Part shown: positions 34,528 to 43,654 of the stretch, piece after piece
Position numbering within the stretch: the stretch's first letter is position 1
How the letters are laid out: every line of letters starts with the position of its first letter
The notes under the pieces: model-generated
Told to the model about the DNA's origin: nothing
What the model saw: the letters and a program-made list of their open reading frames with translations, nothing else
Database searches by the model: none
Translations under genes and position numbers: made by a program
Assembly: GCF_022482905.1 (NCBI RefSeq)
Contig: NZ_JAKVOI010000001.1
Location: 929,958 to 993,957 of the forward strand
DNA from: Clostridium sp.
GTDB lineage: Bacteria > Bacillota > Clostridia > Clostridiales > Clostridiaceae
Reading direction: 5' to 3'
Length of the DNA stretch: 64,000 nucleotides

Positions 34528-37179
34528 ATGAATTCATATGTACTTGGCTTTCAGGAAATCGATAAAACCAGGCCTGCACTGGTAGGAGGCAAAGGTGCCA
34601 ACCTGGGGAAACTGTCCAGAATTGATGGGATACGAGTGCCGGAGGGATTTTGCGTTACCACTGAAGCCTATAGAGAAATTATTGGGAACAACAGAGAATT
34701 TAATTTACTGCTGGATCAGTTGTCCATCCTGAAAGCGGACAACGTGGAAGGTATTGGTAAAATCAGTGCCAAAATCCGCAAGGTCATAGAAGCAATCGCT
34801 ATTCCTGATGCCATAGATAATGAGATTACCCGACATCTTGTACGGCTTGGTGAAAAAAATGCTTATGCCGTGCGATCCAGTGCTACGGCAGAGGATCTGC
34901 CTACGGCATCCTTTGCGGGCCAGCAGGATACGTATTTGAACATTATCGGAAAGGAAGCCATACTCAGATACATCAGCAAGTGCTGGGCATCGCTGTTTAC
35001 CGAGCGAGCCGTAATCTACCGCATCCAGAACGGTTTTGACCACCGCAAGGTCTATCTGTCCGTTGTTATCCAGAAGATGGTTTTTCCGGAGGCTGCAGGA
35101 ATCATGTTTACTGCAGATCCTATTACGATGAACAGGAAGGTTATATCTATCGACGCGAGCTTCGGGCTGGGCGAAGCCCTGGTCTCCGGCCTGGTAAATG
35201 CAGACAACTACAAGGTGCGTGATGGTGAAATCATTAATAAGAAGATCTCCACAAAGAAGCTGGCGATCCATGGACTAAAAGAAGGCGGTACGGAGGAGAA
35301 AAAGATCAATGCCGAATGTCAGAATAAGCAGACGCTGACGGATGAGCAGATTCTGGAACTTGAAAAAACAGGAAGACGGATAGAGACATATTTTGGCGGT
35401 CCCCAGGATATCGAATGGTGTCTGTATGAAAATAAATTTTTTATCGTTCAAAGTCGTCCAATAACCACTCTTTACCCAATACCGGATGTGCAGGATGGGA
35501 AAAACCATGTGTATATGTCTATGGGTCATCAGCAGATGATGACCGATGTTATGAAACCACTGGGGTTATCATTTTTTCAGTTGGAGTTTAAAGAAAAGTC
35601 TGAGGACAATCAGAATGAAAACACCTTTATTGAAGCCGGCGGCAGACTTTTTATCGATATTTCCTATGATATAAATTCTCCTCTGAGACGAAAAATAGTG
35701 CTCACTGCCATGAAAAAAATCGATCCTCTCATACTCGATGCTATAAAAAATTTGATGAAGCGAAAGAATTTTATGAGATCATTGGCACGGGGCGGCAAGA
35801 GATACTTCAATATGGGTTCAGGGTATTTTTCCTGGGAGCTGCTCCGTTATATTATCAAGATATCCCGAAGCAATGATGCATCTGTAGTTAAAACCTTAAT
35901 GCTGCAAAATGAGGCATCCATCAGAAAGCTGCAGAAAAGAATTGAAAATTTGTCCGGAGACAAACTGTTTTCCTCAATTGAAGAAGAGCAAAAGCAATTG
36001 AAAAAAGCCATGTATGATTCAGAAAGCATGGCAGCAGTCTATGCGGGGGTGCTGGCGCTGAATTGGATTAATAAGAATATGGAGAAGTGGCTGGGTGAAA
36101 AAAACGCGGCAGACTCACTTTCCAAATCGGCACCCAACAACGTTACATCTGAAATGGGGCTGGAACTGCTGGACGTGGCAGATGTGGTTCGGCAATATCC
36201 GGAAGTGCTGGAGTATTTGGAGCACGCCAGTGATGAAACTTTTTTTGAGGATCTATCCAAGTTGGAAGGAGGCAGTGCTGTCAGCAAATCCATAGGGGCG
36301 TATCTTGAAAAATACGGTATGCGCTGTCCGGGTGAGATCGATATCACAAGACCCCGTTTCAGTGAAAAACCCACTGCCCTCGTTCCTATGATTCTAAACA
36401 ATATTAAAAACTTTGATCCGGGTGCCCATAAAGTCCTTTTTGAGCAGGGGATGCTGGAAGCAAAACGGAGGGAACAGGATCTCTTAAAACGTCTGGAACA
36501 GCTGCCCGGTGGAAAACAAAAGGCCAAAAAGACCAGGAAGAAGATCAGCCTCCTGCGCAATTTTATCGGCTATCGTGAATACCCCAAGTATCTGATGATC
36601 TGCCATTACTGGGTTATAAAACAGGCCCTGATGAAGGAGGCTGTGAGGCTTGTGCAGAAGGAGGTTATCCGGCAGAAAGAGGATATCTACTATCTGACCT
36701 TTGAGGAACTTAGGCAGGTAGTCCATACAGATCAGCTGGATTACAGCATCATAAGGTCTCGAAAAGAGGAATGCAAGACCTATGAAAAATTGACACCTTC
36801 CCGTATAATGACCTCGGAAGGAGAGGCTTTATCCGGCGAGTATGATACCGGAAGCATTCCTGAAGGTGCTCTGGCAGGTATACCTGCTTCCTCAGGGACA
36901 ATTGAAGGCCGGGCACGGGTGGTTTTAAGAATGGAGGATGCCGCCCTGGAGGAAGGCGATATTTTGGTCACAGCATTTACTGACCCAAGCTGGACACCGG
37001 TTTTTGTGTCCATTAAAGGCTTGGTGACGGAAGTAGGAGGGATGATGACTCACGGTTCTGTAATTGCAAGAGAATACGGCCTGCCTGCAGTTGTAGGCGT
37101 GGAAAATGCCACCAGGCTGATTAAGGACGGACAAAAAATTCGAGTGAATGGAACGGAAGGATATATAGAGATACTATAA
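34528..37179 (+). CDS. PEP-utilising enzyme of the phosphoenolpyruvate synthase-like / rifampicin phosphotransferase (Rph) architecture, copy 1
   Basis: About 880 aa. N-terminal ATP-grasp/PPDK_N region (VGGKGANLG, VRSSATAEDLPTASFAGQQDTYLN, QDIEWC). C-terminal swivel phosphohistidine domain (DPSWTPVF...GGMMTHGSVIAREYGLPAVVG). The ATG at 34528 follows AAGGGAG. Confidence 0.8.
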   Translation: MNSYVLGFQEIDKTRPALVGGKGANLGKLSRIDGIRVPEGFCVTTEAYREIIGNNREFNLLLDQLSILKADNVEGIGKISAKIRKVIEAIAIPDAIDNEITRHLVRLGEKNAYAVRSSATAEDLPTASFAGQQDTYLNIIGKEAILRYISKCWASLFTERAVIYRIQNGFDHRKVYLSVVIQKMVFPEAAGIMFTADPITMNRKVISIDASFGLGEALVSGLVNADNYKVRDGEIINKKISTKKLAIHGLKEGGTEEKKINAECQNKQTLTDEQILELEKTGRRIETYFGGPQDIEWCLYENKFFIVQSRPITTLYPIPDVQDGKNHVYMSMGHQQMMTDVMKPLGLSFFQLEFKEKSEDNQNENTFIEAGGRLFIDISYDINSPLRRKIVLTAMKKIDPLILDAIKNLMKRKNFMRSLARGGKRYFNMGSGYFSWELLRYIIKISRSNDASVVKTLMLQNEASIRKLQKRIENLSGDKLFSSIEEEQKQLKKAMYDSESMAAVYAGVLALNWINKNMEKWLGEKNAADSLSKSAPNNVTSEMGLELLDVADVVRQYPEVLEYLEHASDETFFEDLSKLEGGSAVSKSIGAYLEKYGMRCPGEIDITRPRFSEKPTALVPMILNNIKNFDPGAHKVLFEQGMLEAKRREQDLLKRLEQLPGGKQKAKKTRKKISLLRNFIGYREYPKYLMICHYWVIKQALMKEAVRLVQKEVIRQKEDIYYLTFEELRQVVHTDQLDYSIIRSRKEECKTYEKLTPSRIMTSEGEALSGEYDTGSIPEGALAGIPASSGTIEGRARVVLRMEDAALEEGDILVTAFTDPSWTPVFVSIKGLVTEVGGMMTHGSVIAREYGLPAVVGVENATRLIKDGQKIRVNGTEGYIEIL

Positions 37180-37198
37180 AGTACTGAATATGATTGTG

Positions 37199-37777
37199 CT
37201 ATTTCCCCAAGAGACCATATAGAAATAACATTGTAAGATTTTCTTTATATTTTACGCTTTTTTTATAGTAATCAGGTTGGTGCATAATAGATGCAGATGC
37301 AAGAAGAAATGCAAGAAGTGCTTCATCTGAAAGAGATGGGTCGATCGCTCCGGCCTTTTTTCCTACTTGTATGAATTTCAGATAGATAGATTGTGCTTGA
37401 ATTGAGGCTGCTTCTTTGTAAATTTGCATCAATACTTTATCTTCCAAGGCTTGATGACTAAAATTAGAATGACTCAATTCTAAAATGGCGTTGTGTTTTT
37501 TCAACATGATTTGTTCTAGCTTCTTAGAAAAGGGAATATTTCTGTCCAACAACTCATCATATTCTCGAACGATTTGTCCAATATAGGAAATAAATGCTTC
37601 TCTCGCAAGATTGTTTTTATCTCCAAAATAATTATAAATCGATACCTGTGAAACACCTGCTTTTGTAGAAATTTCATTTATGCTTACATCTGTTATCCCC
37701 CGCTCTATAAAGAGTTTAGTAGCAATTTGAAGAATAGAATTTTTCTTGCGGTTTGTTCTTTTTTCATATCCATTCAT
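37199..37777 (-). CDS. TetR/AcrR-family transcriptional regulator
   Basis: ILQIATKLFIERGITDVSINEISTKAGVSQVSIYNYFGDKNNL. The ATG at 37777 follows GGGTGA, so the track start at 37861 is rejected. Confidence 0.85.
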   Translation of the reverse strand: MNGYEKRTNRKKNSILQIATKLFIERGITDVSINEISTKAGVSQVSIYNYFGDKNNLAREAFISYIGQIVREYDELLDRNIPFSKKLEQIMLKKHNAILELSHSNFSHQALEDKVLMQIYKEAASIQAQSIYLKFIQVGKKAGAIDPSLSDEALLAFLLASASIMHQPDYYKKSVKYKENLTMLFLYGLLGK

Positions 37778-37841
37778 AATTATATCACCCACTATTATTA
37801 TAACATTATTTTGAAATTTATCAAATAAAATTTCAAAACAG

Positions 37842-37872
37842 TTGACAGTCATCTCACACAAGTGTATTGTGT
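37842..37872 (+). promoter_or_regulatory. TTGACA box plus inverted repeat ACACAA-GTGTA-TTGTGT in the divergent tetR / rph-like-2 intergenic region
   Basis: Inverted repeat at 37856-37872. Its half-site ACACAA resembles the ACACAATT half-site at 33764. Confidence 0.4.
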
Positions 37873-37917
37873 AATATACAAGTTAATATTTCAAAACTTT
37901 ATATGGAGGGATGAAAA

Positions 37918-40539
37918 GTGCATTCGTATATTATCAGATTTACTGACATAGATAAAACAGATTTACTGAAGGTTGGTGGTAAAGGATTAAATTTGGGAAT
38001 GTTATCAAAAATTTCTGAAATTCGAGTACCGGAAGGATTTTGTATTACTACAGAAGTTTTTCAAGAAACTCTGGCGAATAATCTGGAATTTGAGTTGTTG
38101 TTGGAAGATTTGAAAAAGCTAAAGGCTACTCAACGGAAACGAATCTCAGAAATCAGTGGAAAAATACGGTCTGTAATTCAAAAAGTTCAATTGCCTGGGG
38201 ACATTGAATATGAAATTGTAAAGGAACTTTCTAATTATGACAAGCAGACAGCTTTTGCAGTGCGTTCCAGCGCAACAGCGGAGGATCTCCCAAATGCATC
38301 TTTTGCGGGGCAGCAGGACACTTATCTCAATATAAAGGATCCACAGGAAATTCTGCGATATGTAATCAGATGTTGGTCATCTCTTTTTACAGATCGTGCT
38401 GTGATATATCGAATTCAGAATGGGTTTGATCATTGCAGGGTTTCTCTTTCCGTTGTTGTCCAAAAAATGATTTTTTCTGAGGCTTCCGGAATTGTATTTA
38501 CCGCCGATCCACTTACTTCAGACCGGAGCACTCTTTCTGTTGATGCGGGATTCGGGCTGGGAGAAGCGATGGTATCCGGACTTACAAATCCGGATATTTA
38601 TAAAATACGAGGGGGAAAAATTATTTCAAAGAAGATCAGAAGACAAGACTTGGAAATTTGTCTTGCGGAAAACGGAGGCATACAGAAAAAGCAGGTTGAT
38701 ACAGACAGGCAGGAAAAGCAGATATTGTCCGATGATCAAATTTTACAGTTGGCTTGTATCGGAAAAAAAATAGAATCTCATTTTGGATGTCCTCAGGATA
38801 TTGAATGGTGTTTTTACAAAAATGAGTTTTATATCGTCCAGAGTCGAAATATCACAACTCTTTTTCCCATTCCAGTATCCATGGATGCACGAAAGCCCAG
38901 GGTATATATGTCGATTGGGCATATTCAGATGATGACGGATATAATACGTCCGCTTGGTATGTCATTTTTTCAAATGATCTCGGAAATCTCACTGACAGAA
39001 GCCGGAGGCAGGTTTTATGCTGATATTACACACGATTTGTCTTCTCCGATTGGGCGTAAGAGATTGGTTATGGCGACTGGTAAGCAGGATTTGTTGATAC
39101 AGGGAGCAATCAAGCAGCTTTTGGAACAAAAAGAGTTTATGCATTCCCTTCCAAAAGGGAAAAGAAACGTAAAAGGGGGAATTTTTACTCCTGCTTCTAT
39201 TTTAGAAACAATGAAAATCAGTCGAAAAAATGATCCTGAGATAATCAATGAATTGATCGGAAAATTTAATTCTGAGCTAAACAAAATATATCATCAGTTG
39301 TCAAAGCTTTCTGGGAAAGCGGCCTTGGATTTTATAAAGAATGATCGGGGCTCGCTGCTGGCAATGGCGTATAATCCCAAGATGTTGGGAGCGATCATTG
39401 CTGCGATTCTGGCAAGCGATTCCATTAATAAAAATGTGGAAGCCTGGATTGGTGAAAAAAACACAGCAAATTTGCTGTCAAAATCTTTGAAAAATAATAT
39501 CACCACGGAAATGGGACTCGCACTATGTAATTTGGCCGACAGGATTCGAGAACATCCTCAGGTGTTGCAATATTTGTCTAAAAATCCCACAAATGACGAT
39601 TTTTTTGAAAAAATGTGTCTGCTTCCGGGAGGAAAAATCGTTGAAGAAGAATTTAGAAACTTCTTGCTTAAGTATGGGATGCGCTGCCCCGGAGAGATTG
39701 ATATTACTAGACCTCGTTTTGAAGAAAAACCCACACAGTTGCTGCCTATGCTGTTAAACGATATTCGCATTTTAAAACTTGGTGAACACAAAACCAGATT
39801 TTCAAATGGTAAAATAGAGGCAAAGAAGAAAGAAGAAGAACTCCTACACCGTCTGGTGGAATTACCAAACGGCAAAAGAAAAGCGAAAAAGGTGAAGAAA
39901 GACATTCGATTGATGCGTAATTTTATTGGATACCGTGAATATCCAAAGTATTGCATTGTCCGACGCTATCAAATTTATAAAAGAGCGCTGCAAAAAGAAG
40001 CAGATAGATTGGTTGAAAAAGGAGTGCTGCGTGCTCGCGATGATATTTTTTATCTGTATTTTGACGAGCTGTACAAAGTAGTTGAGACAGGCCAGGTTGA
40101 CTACTCAGCGATTGACAAGAGAAGGCAAGATTATGTCCACTTTGAAAGGCTGAATCCTCCACGTGTGATTACCTCCGACGGTTTTGTTCCATCTCCAGAT
40201 TTTTCAACAGAAAAAATTCCTTCAGATGCCCTTATGGGTATTCCGGTATCCTCCGGTGTTATAGAAGGACGTGCACGCGTTGCTTTGTCCGTAGAGGAAG
40301 TGGAACTGGAGGCAGGTGATATTTTGGTAACACGATTTACCGATCCAAGCTGGACTCCGCTCTTTACAACAATAAAAGGGCTAATTACCGAGGTAGGTGG
40401 CTTTACAACACATGGTGCGGTTGTTGCCAGAGAATACGGCCTGCCTGCAGTTGTAGGTGTGGAAAACGCTGTAAGTTTGATTAAAGACGGACAGAGAATT
40501 CGGGTAAACGGGACGGAAGGTTATGTAGAAATACTATAA
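37918..40539 (+). CDS. PEP-utilising enzyme, Rph-like architecture, copy 2
   Basis: 873 aa and collinear with copy 1: VGGKGLNLG, VRSSATAEDLPNASFAGQQDTYLN, QDIEWC, GGFTTHGAVVAREYGLPAVVG. GTG start after GGAGGG. Confidence 0.8.
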   Translation: MHSYIIRFTDIDKTDLLKVGGKGLNLGMLSKISEIRVPEGFCITTEVFQETLANNLEFELLLEDLKKLKATQRKRISEISGKIRSVIQKVQLPGDIEYEIVKELSNYDKQTAFAVRSSATAEDLPNASFAGQQDTYLNIKDPQEILRYVIRCWSSLFTDRAVIYRIQNGFDHCRVSLSVVVQKMIFSEASGIVFTADPLTSDRSTLSVDAGFGLGEAMVSGLTNPDIYKIRGGKIISKKIRRQDLEICLAENGGIQKKQVDTDRQEKQILSDDQILQLACIGKKIESHFGCPQDIEWCFYKNEFYIVQSRNITTLFPIPVSMDARKPRVYMSIGHIQMMTDIIRPLGMSFFQMISEISLTEAGGRFYADITHDLSSPIGRKRLVMATGKQDLLIQGAIKQLLEQKEFMHSLPKGKRNVKGGIFTPASILETMKISRKNDPEIINELIGKFNSELNKIYHQLSKLSGKAALDFIKNDRGSLLAMAYNPKMLGAIIAAILASDSINKNVEAWIGEKNTANLLSKSLKNNITTEMGLALCNLADRIREHPQVLQYLSKNPTNDDFFEKMCLLPGGKIVEEEFRNFLLKYGMRCPGEIDITRPRFEEKPTQLLPMLLNDIRILKLGEHKTRFSNGKIEAKKKEEELLHRLVELPNGKRKAKKVKKDIRLMRNFIGYREYPKYCIVRRYQIYKRALQKEADRLVEKGVLRARDDIFYLYFDELYKVVETGQVDYSAIDKRRQDYVHFERLNPPRVITSDGFVPSPDFSTEKIPSDALMGIPVSSGVIEGRARVALSVEEVELEAGDILVTRFTDPSWTPLFTTIKGLITEVGGFTTHGAVVAREYGLPAVVGVENAVSLIKDGQRIRVNGTEGYVEIL

Positions 40540-40545
40540 GGAGGA

Positions 40546-40586
40546 AATGAGTATGGATTGCGTGAAAAAACACATCCATACTCATT
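40546..40586. terminator. 13-bp-stem hairpin between the convergent rph-like-2 and nifK-like genes
   Basis: AATGAGTATGGAT (40546-40558) pairs with ATCCATACTCATT (40574-40586). Confidence 0.55.
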
Positions 40587-40632
40587 GTGGTATCAAAATT
40601 TCAATTTGAAAAACAGTTTTTAATTTATTAGT

Positions 40633-41991
40633 CTATATAGATATGGCATTAACTCTTTGATTGAAATCCTTATTACTTAAAATGGAAGAGTAAATTTCTT
40701 CAATAAGATTTAATCCTCCAGTATAACCAATATAAGTTCTATTTACAATTAGCTTATCTAAAATTGGATTACTTATATAAACTATTGGTGCATTTAAATC
40801 TTCGGATAACTTATCCTCCCAGGTGCTTCCTAAAATGAGAGTTTTTCTAGGAATATTTACATCATTTCTTATTGCTTTTTCTATAATTCCTCCATCATTT
40901 TCAAAAAATACCTTTTCTTTATATTCCTTATGAATATCTTCAAATATTTTATTAATGTTATTTTTATGTTTTTCCTGAATATTATCTATTAAAAAAGCAC
41001 CCTTGGGAACATACCCCAATTCATTGATCAGAAAGTTGCTGGTACCTATTGCATAAGCAGAATCAGCAATAGTATACAACTCAAATGGTAATCCGGCTCT
41101 TCCTTCAGCTATAAAATCACCAATATCTAAAAAATATTTATAAAATGAAAATTCCTCTTCCTTTATTACTTGTTCAACCCTATCTTTATCAAGGTTTGCA
41201 AACTCTCCCACAGTTCTTAAAAATTTGCTGGTTGCAGCCGCTCCAACAGGTAATTCTTGATAATGAAGAAATTTAGTTCCGAATTTTCTTTCAAGGAGTT
41301 CCGCAGCCTTTAATCCAACCCATGGGTTTAACACTAAATTAAATTCTGCATTGGGGATATCTTTCCATTCTTCAACACCTTTACTTTCATAACCAAAAAG
41401 TATATTTACTTCTAAGCCTATGGCAGTTAAAATTCTTTTTATTTCCTTTAAATCGCCTCTCCAGAATGGATTTTGATTTGGAACAACTGAAAATACATTT
41501 ACCAATCCCTTTCTAACGTTTGGCTCGGCATCACCTATATATTGTTCAATTATACTTTTTATAACAAGCTCATGACCTACGTAGTTACTTCCTTTAAAAC
41601 CCGCTGTTTCTGCATTAATGATCGGTTTGCCCTGCTTTTGGTATTTATTGACTATGGACGTAACATCATCTCCAACTATATCTGCAGTACATCCTGTCAG
41701 AACTACAAATAAATTACCCTTAAGTACCTTTAATGCACCATCAATTGTTTGATCAAGTTTCTTTTCTCCACCAAAAACTATATCCTTTTCCGATGAATTT
41801 GTACAAGGTATGTGGGTTCCTCCGACATCACTTTCCCCTTGATATCCTGCTGATGTTGTTAAAGCCAATGAAACCTTGTTGCTGCAGCCAGGTCCACAGT
41901 GTAGAACCGGTACAGCTCCTCTTATTGCCAGAACTGTATGCTGTGCTCCTATTGCACAAGTGTATCTTGGCTGTTCAATTACGTTACTCAA
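40633..41991 (-). CDS. nitrogenase component 1-type oxidoreductase, NifK/NifN-like beta subunit
   Basis: By-eye alignment to NifK. YTCAIGA, VLHCGPGC and VVLTGCTADIVGDD match the regions of the three P-cluster Cys ligands. EKDIVFGG and TAGFKGSNYVGH blocks are present. Confidence 0.75.
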   Translation of the reverse strand: MSNVIEQPRYTCAIGAQHTVLAIRGAVPVLHCGPGCSNKVSLALTTSAGYQGESDVGGTHIPCTNSSEKDIVFGGEKKLDQTIDGALKVLKGNLFVVLTGCTADIVGDDVTSIVNKYQKQGKPIINAETAGFKGSNYVGHELVIKSIIEQYIGDAEPNVRKGLVNVFSVVPNQNPFWRGDLKEIKRILTAIGLEVNILFGYESKGVEEWKDIPNAEFNLVLNPWVGLKAAELLERKFGTKFLHYQELPVGAAATSKFLRTVGEFANLDKDRVEQVIKEEEFSFYKYFLDIGDFIAEGRAGLPFELYTIADSAYAIGTSNFLINELGYVPKGAFLIDNIQEKHKNNINKIFEDIHKEYKEKVFFENDGGIIEKAIRNDVNIPRKTLILGSTWEDKLSEDLNAPIVYISNPILDKLIVNRTYIGYTGGLNLIEEIYSSILSNKDFNQRVNAISI

Positions 41992-43456
41992 GTCTTTTCC
42001 CTCCTTTTGTAAATATAAATGGGTTTTGATTTAACCACCAGTCCGTATATGGTGACTCAAAATGTTTAGCTAATGTTTCAACATATTTTCGTGTCCTTAT
42101 TGACTCATAAATTTTTTCGCCTAAGGCAATTACTCCATCATAACCTATTATCATGTTTGGATCAGCTAAATGAAAAGCTGGAATACCTAATTTATTGATT
42201 ACTACTGCAATACCTGGATGCCTTGCAAGTACAAAATCAGGTTTGAATTTCTTTAATATATTTGTAAATTGATAAGGCTGTTTATTAGTTACACAATAAT
42301 TTTGAATATTTCCAATATGCTTTAACATGTTTCCTACTGTATTAATTTCCTGATAATCATTATCATAAGCTTGATCATGATGGAAAGCTACCGTTCCTAT
42401 TACTTCAAGTCCTAAGGAATTAGCAACACTTACGTAGCTTTGAACAATGGCGTCCCCAGCCATAATATATATTTTTTTCCCTTTTAATTTTGATCTGAGA
42501 TTCTCCAATTTTGGCTTGATTTTAGCATGTTCTTCCTTTATTACTTCCTCAACTCTTTCAACTTTATTTGTCAATCTCCCTAGTTCTCTTAACCATTCAT
42601 CAGTCCATTTTATACCTGTTGGAGCTGGTGCTTTAATCTCAGGTACATCAAATTCACTTTCTAAAGCTGCTGCCACATATGAAGCAAGAGTTTCGCATAT
42701 GTTTGCCGTTGCCACTGCATCTGATATATTCTCAATTTCTTCAATGGTTGAAAATGGGAATATATATCTTGGTTTTAAATCAAGCTTTCTTAGTAAATCA
42801 TCAAATACATGAGCTCCCTGAAAATTAATGATATTTATATAATTGGTCTTCTTACTGGACTTCTTCACTATTTTTCTCAATATTGCATGCCCGGATGCAT
42901 CAAAACCAGTTGTCCAAACTTTAGATTTAAATCCTTCACAATAAACAGGTACAACATTAATACCCGTTTCTTTGCTTAAGGTATCTGTTAAACTTTCTAA
43001 ATCTTCTCCGATAATTCCTGAAGCACAGGAGGCAGTTATAAATACTACCTTCGGATTAAATCTTTCTTTTGCAAGCAGCACAGCTTCTTTTAATTTAGCT
43101 GCTCCACCATATATAGTGTCCTTTTCTTCAAGATTTGTACTTATAGCTTTAAAATTTCCAATATCTATTCCTCTCAAAGCGGCCCCTCTTCTAATATTAT
43201 TTTGTGCCGTAGCAAAATCTGATGCACAGCCGATTGGTGCATGATTTATAACTACAGAGCCAATAATATTTGATACAATTCCAAAAGCACAGGAGGATGA
43301 ACAAGCTCCACACTGGCTGAAGCTTCTTTCCTGCGGTTTTATACTACGATTTAAAGATTTTTCATAAATATCCTGTGCAGAGCCATTATAAGATATAATC
43401 GCCCCTAATCGCTTATCTCTTATTTTTAGTTCTGCTAATTTTAGGTTTATTGCCAT
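41984..43456 (-). CDS. nitrogenase component 1-type oxidoreductase, NifD/NifE-like alpha subunit
   Basis: By-eye alignment to NifD. QCGACSSSC...INHAPIGC, EKDTIYGG and FITASCASGIIGEDLES match the P-cluster ligand regions. VVPVYCEGF is present. ANICETLASY aligns with the Cys275 region and GIPAFHLADP with the His442 region. There is an 8-nt overlap with the downstream beta-like gene. Confidence 0.75.
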   Translation of the reverse strand: MAINLKLAELKIRDKRLGAIISYNGSAQDIYEKSLNRSIKPQERSFSQCGACSSSCAFGIVSNIIGSVVINHAPIGCASDFATAQNNIRRGAALRGIDIGNFKAISTNLEEKDTIYGGAAKLKEAVLLAKERFNPKVVFITASCASGIIGEDLESLTDTLSKETGINVVPVYCEGFKSKVWTTGFDASGHAILRKIVKKSSKKTNYINIINFQGAHVFDDLLRKLDLKPRYIFPFSTIEEIENISDAVATANICETLASYVAAALESEFDVPEIKAPAPTGIKWTDEWLRELGRLTNKVERVEEVIKEEHAKIKPKLENLRSKLKGKKIYIMAGDAIVQSYVSVANSLGLEVIGTVAFHHDQAYDNDYQEINTVGNMLKHIGNIQNYCVTNKQPYQFTNILKKFKPDFVLARHPGIAVVINKLGIPAFHLADPNMIIGYDGVIALGEKIYESIRTRKYVETLAKHFESPYTDWWLNQNPFIFTKGGKRLE

Positions 43457-43507
43457 TTAAATCACCTCTTTATTTTTTTGATTAAATATATTTAATCCTT
43501 TATATGC

Positions 43508-43548
43508 AAAAAAGGAGCACAAAATTCAATAAAGAATATTTGTCCTCC
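43508..43548 (-). terminator. intrinsic terminator inside the 5' leader of the nitrogenase-like operon (candidate attenuator)
   Basis: On the minus strand the sequence reads GGAGGACAAA - 15-nt loop - TTTGTGCTCC followed by TTTTTT. Nine of ten stem pairs form. It sits about 50 nt upstream of the start codon and about 100 nt downstream of the predicted promoter. Confidence 0.55.
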
Positions 43549-43654
43549 GGTTTTCCAGTTAGAAAATAGCTATTTTTATATTTTTAAGTGATATAACTAT
43601 GCAGTGAGCTGCTAATTTATATCCATATTTGCATATATAATTCATGTAATTTTA

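Noticed and set aside
37069-37097. Recent gene conversion between the two Rph-like genes, suggested by a 29-nt identical run with 40429-40457
   Set aside because: The run encodes the most conserved peptide of the family (REYGLPAVVG) and the flanking sequence diverges quickly. Shared ancestry and constraint explain it adequately, so I mention it only as supporting evidence for common origin.
41984-43456. A genuine nifDK or nifEN operon for nitrogen fixation
   Set aside because: There is no nifH upstream and no nifB/V/X/glnB-like genes. Gene lengths and context do not match the clostridial nif cluster organisation. I call it nitrogenase-like only.
43457-43650. An S-box, T-box or other known riboswitch class in the nif-like leader
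   Set aside because: There is no CTTATCAAGAG/GGTGCTAA-type S-box core, no T-box sequence (…GGGTGGTACCGCG…) and no other consensus I recognise. I report only a generic terminator-containing leader.
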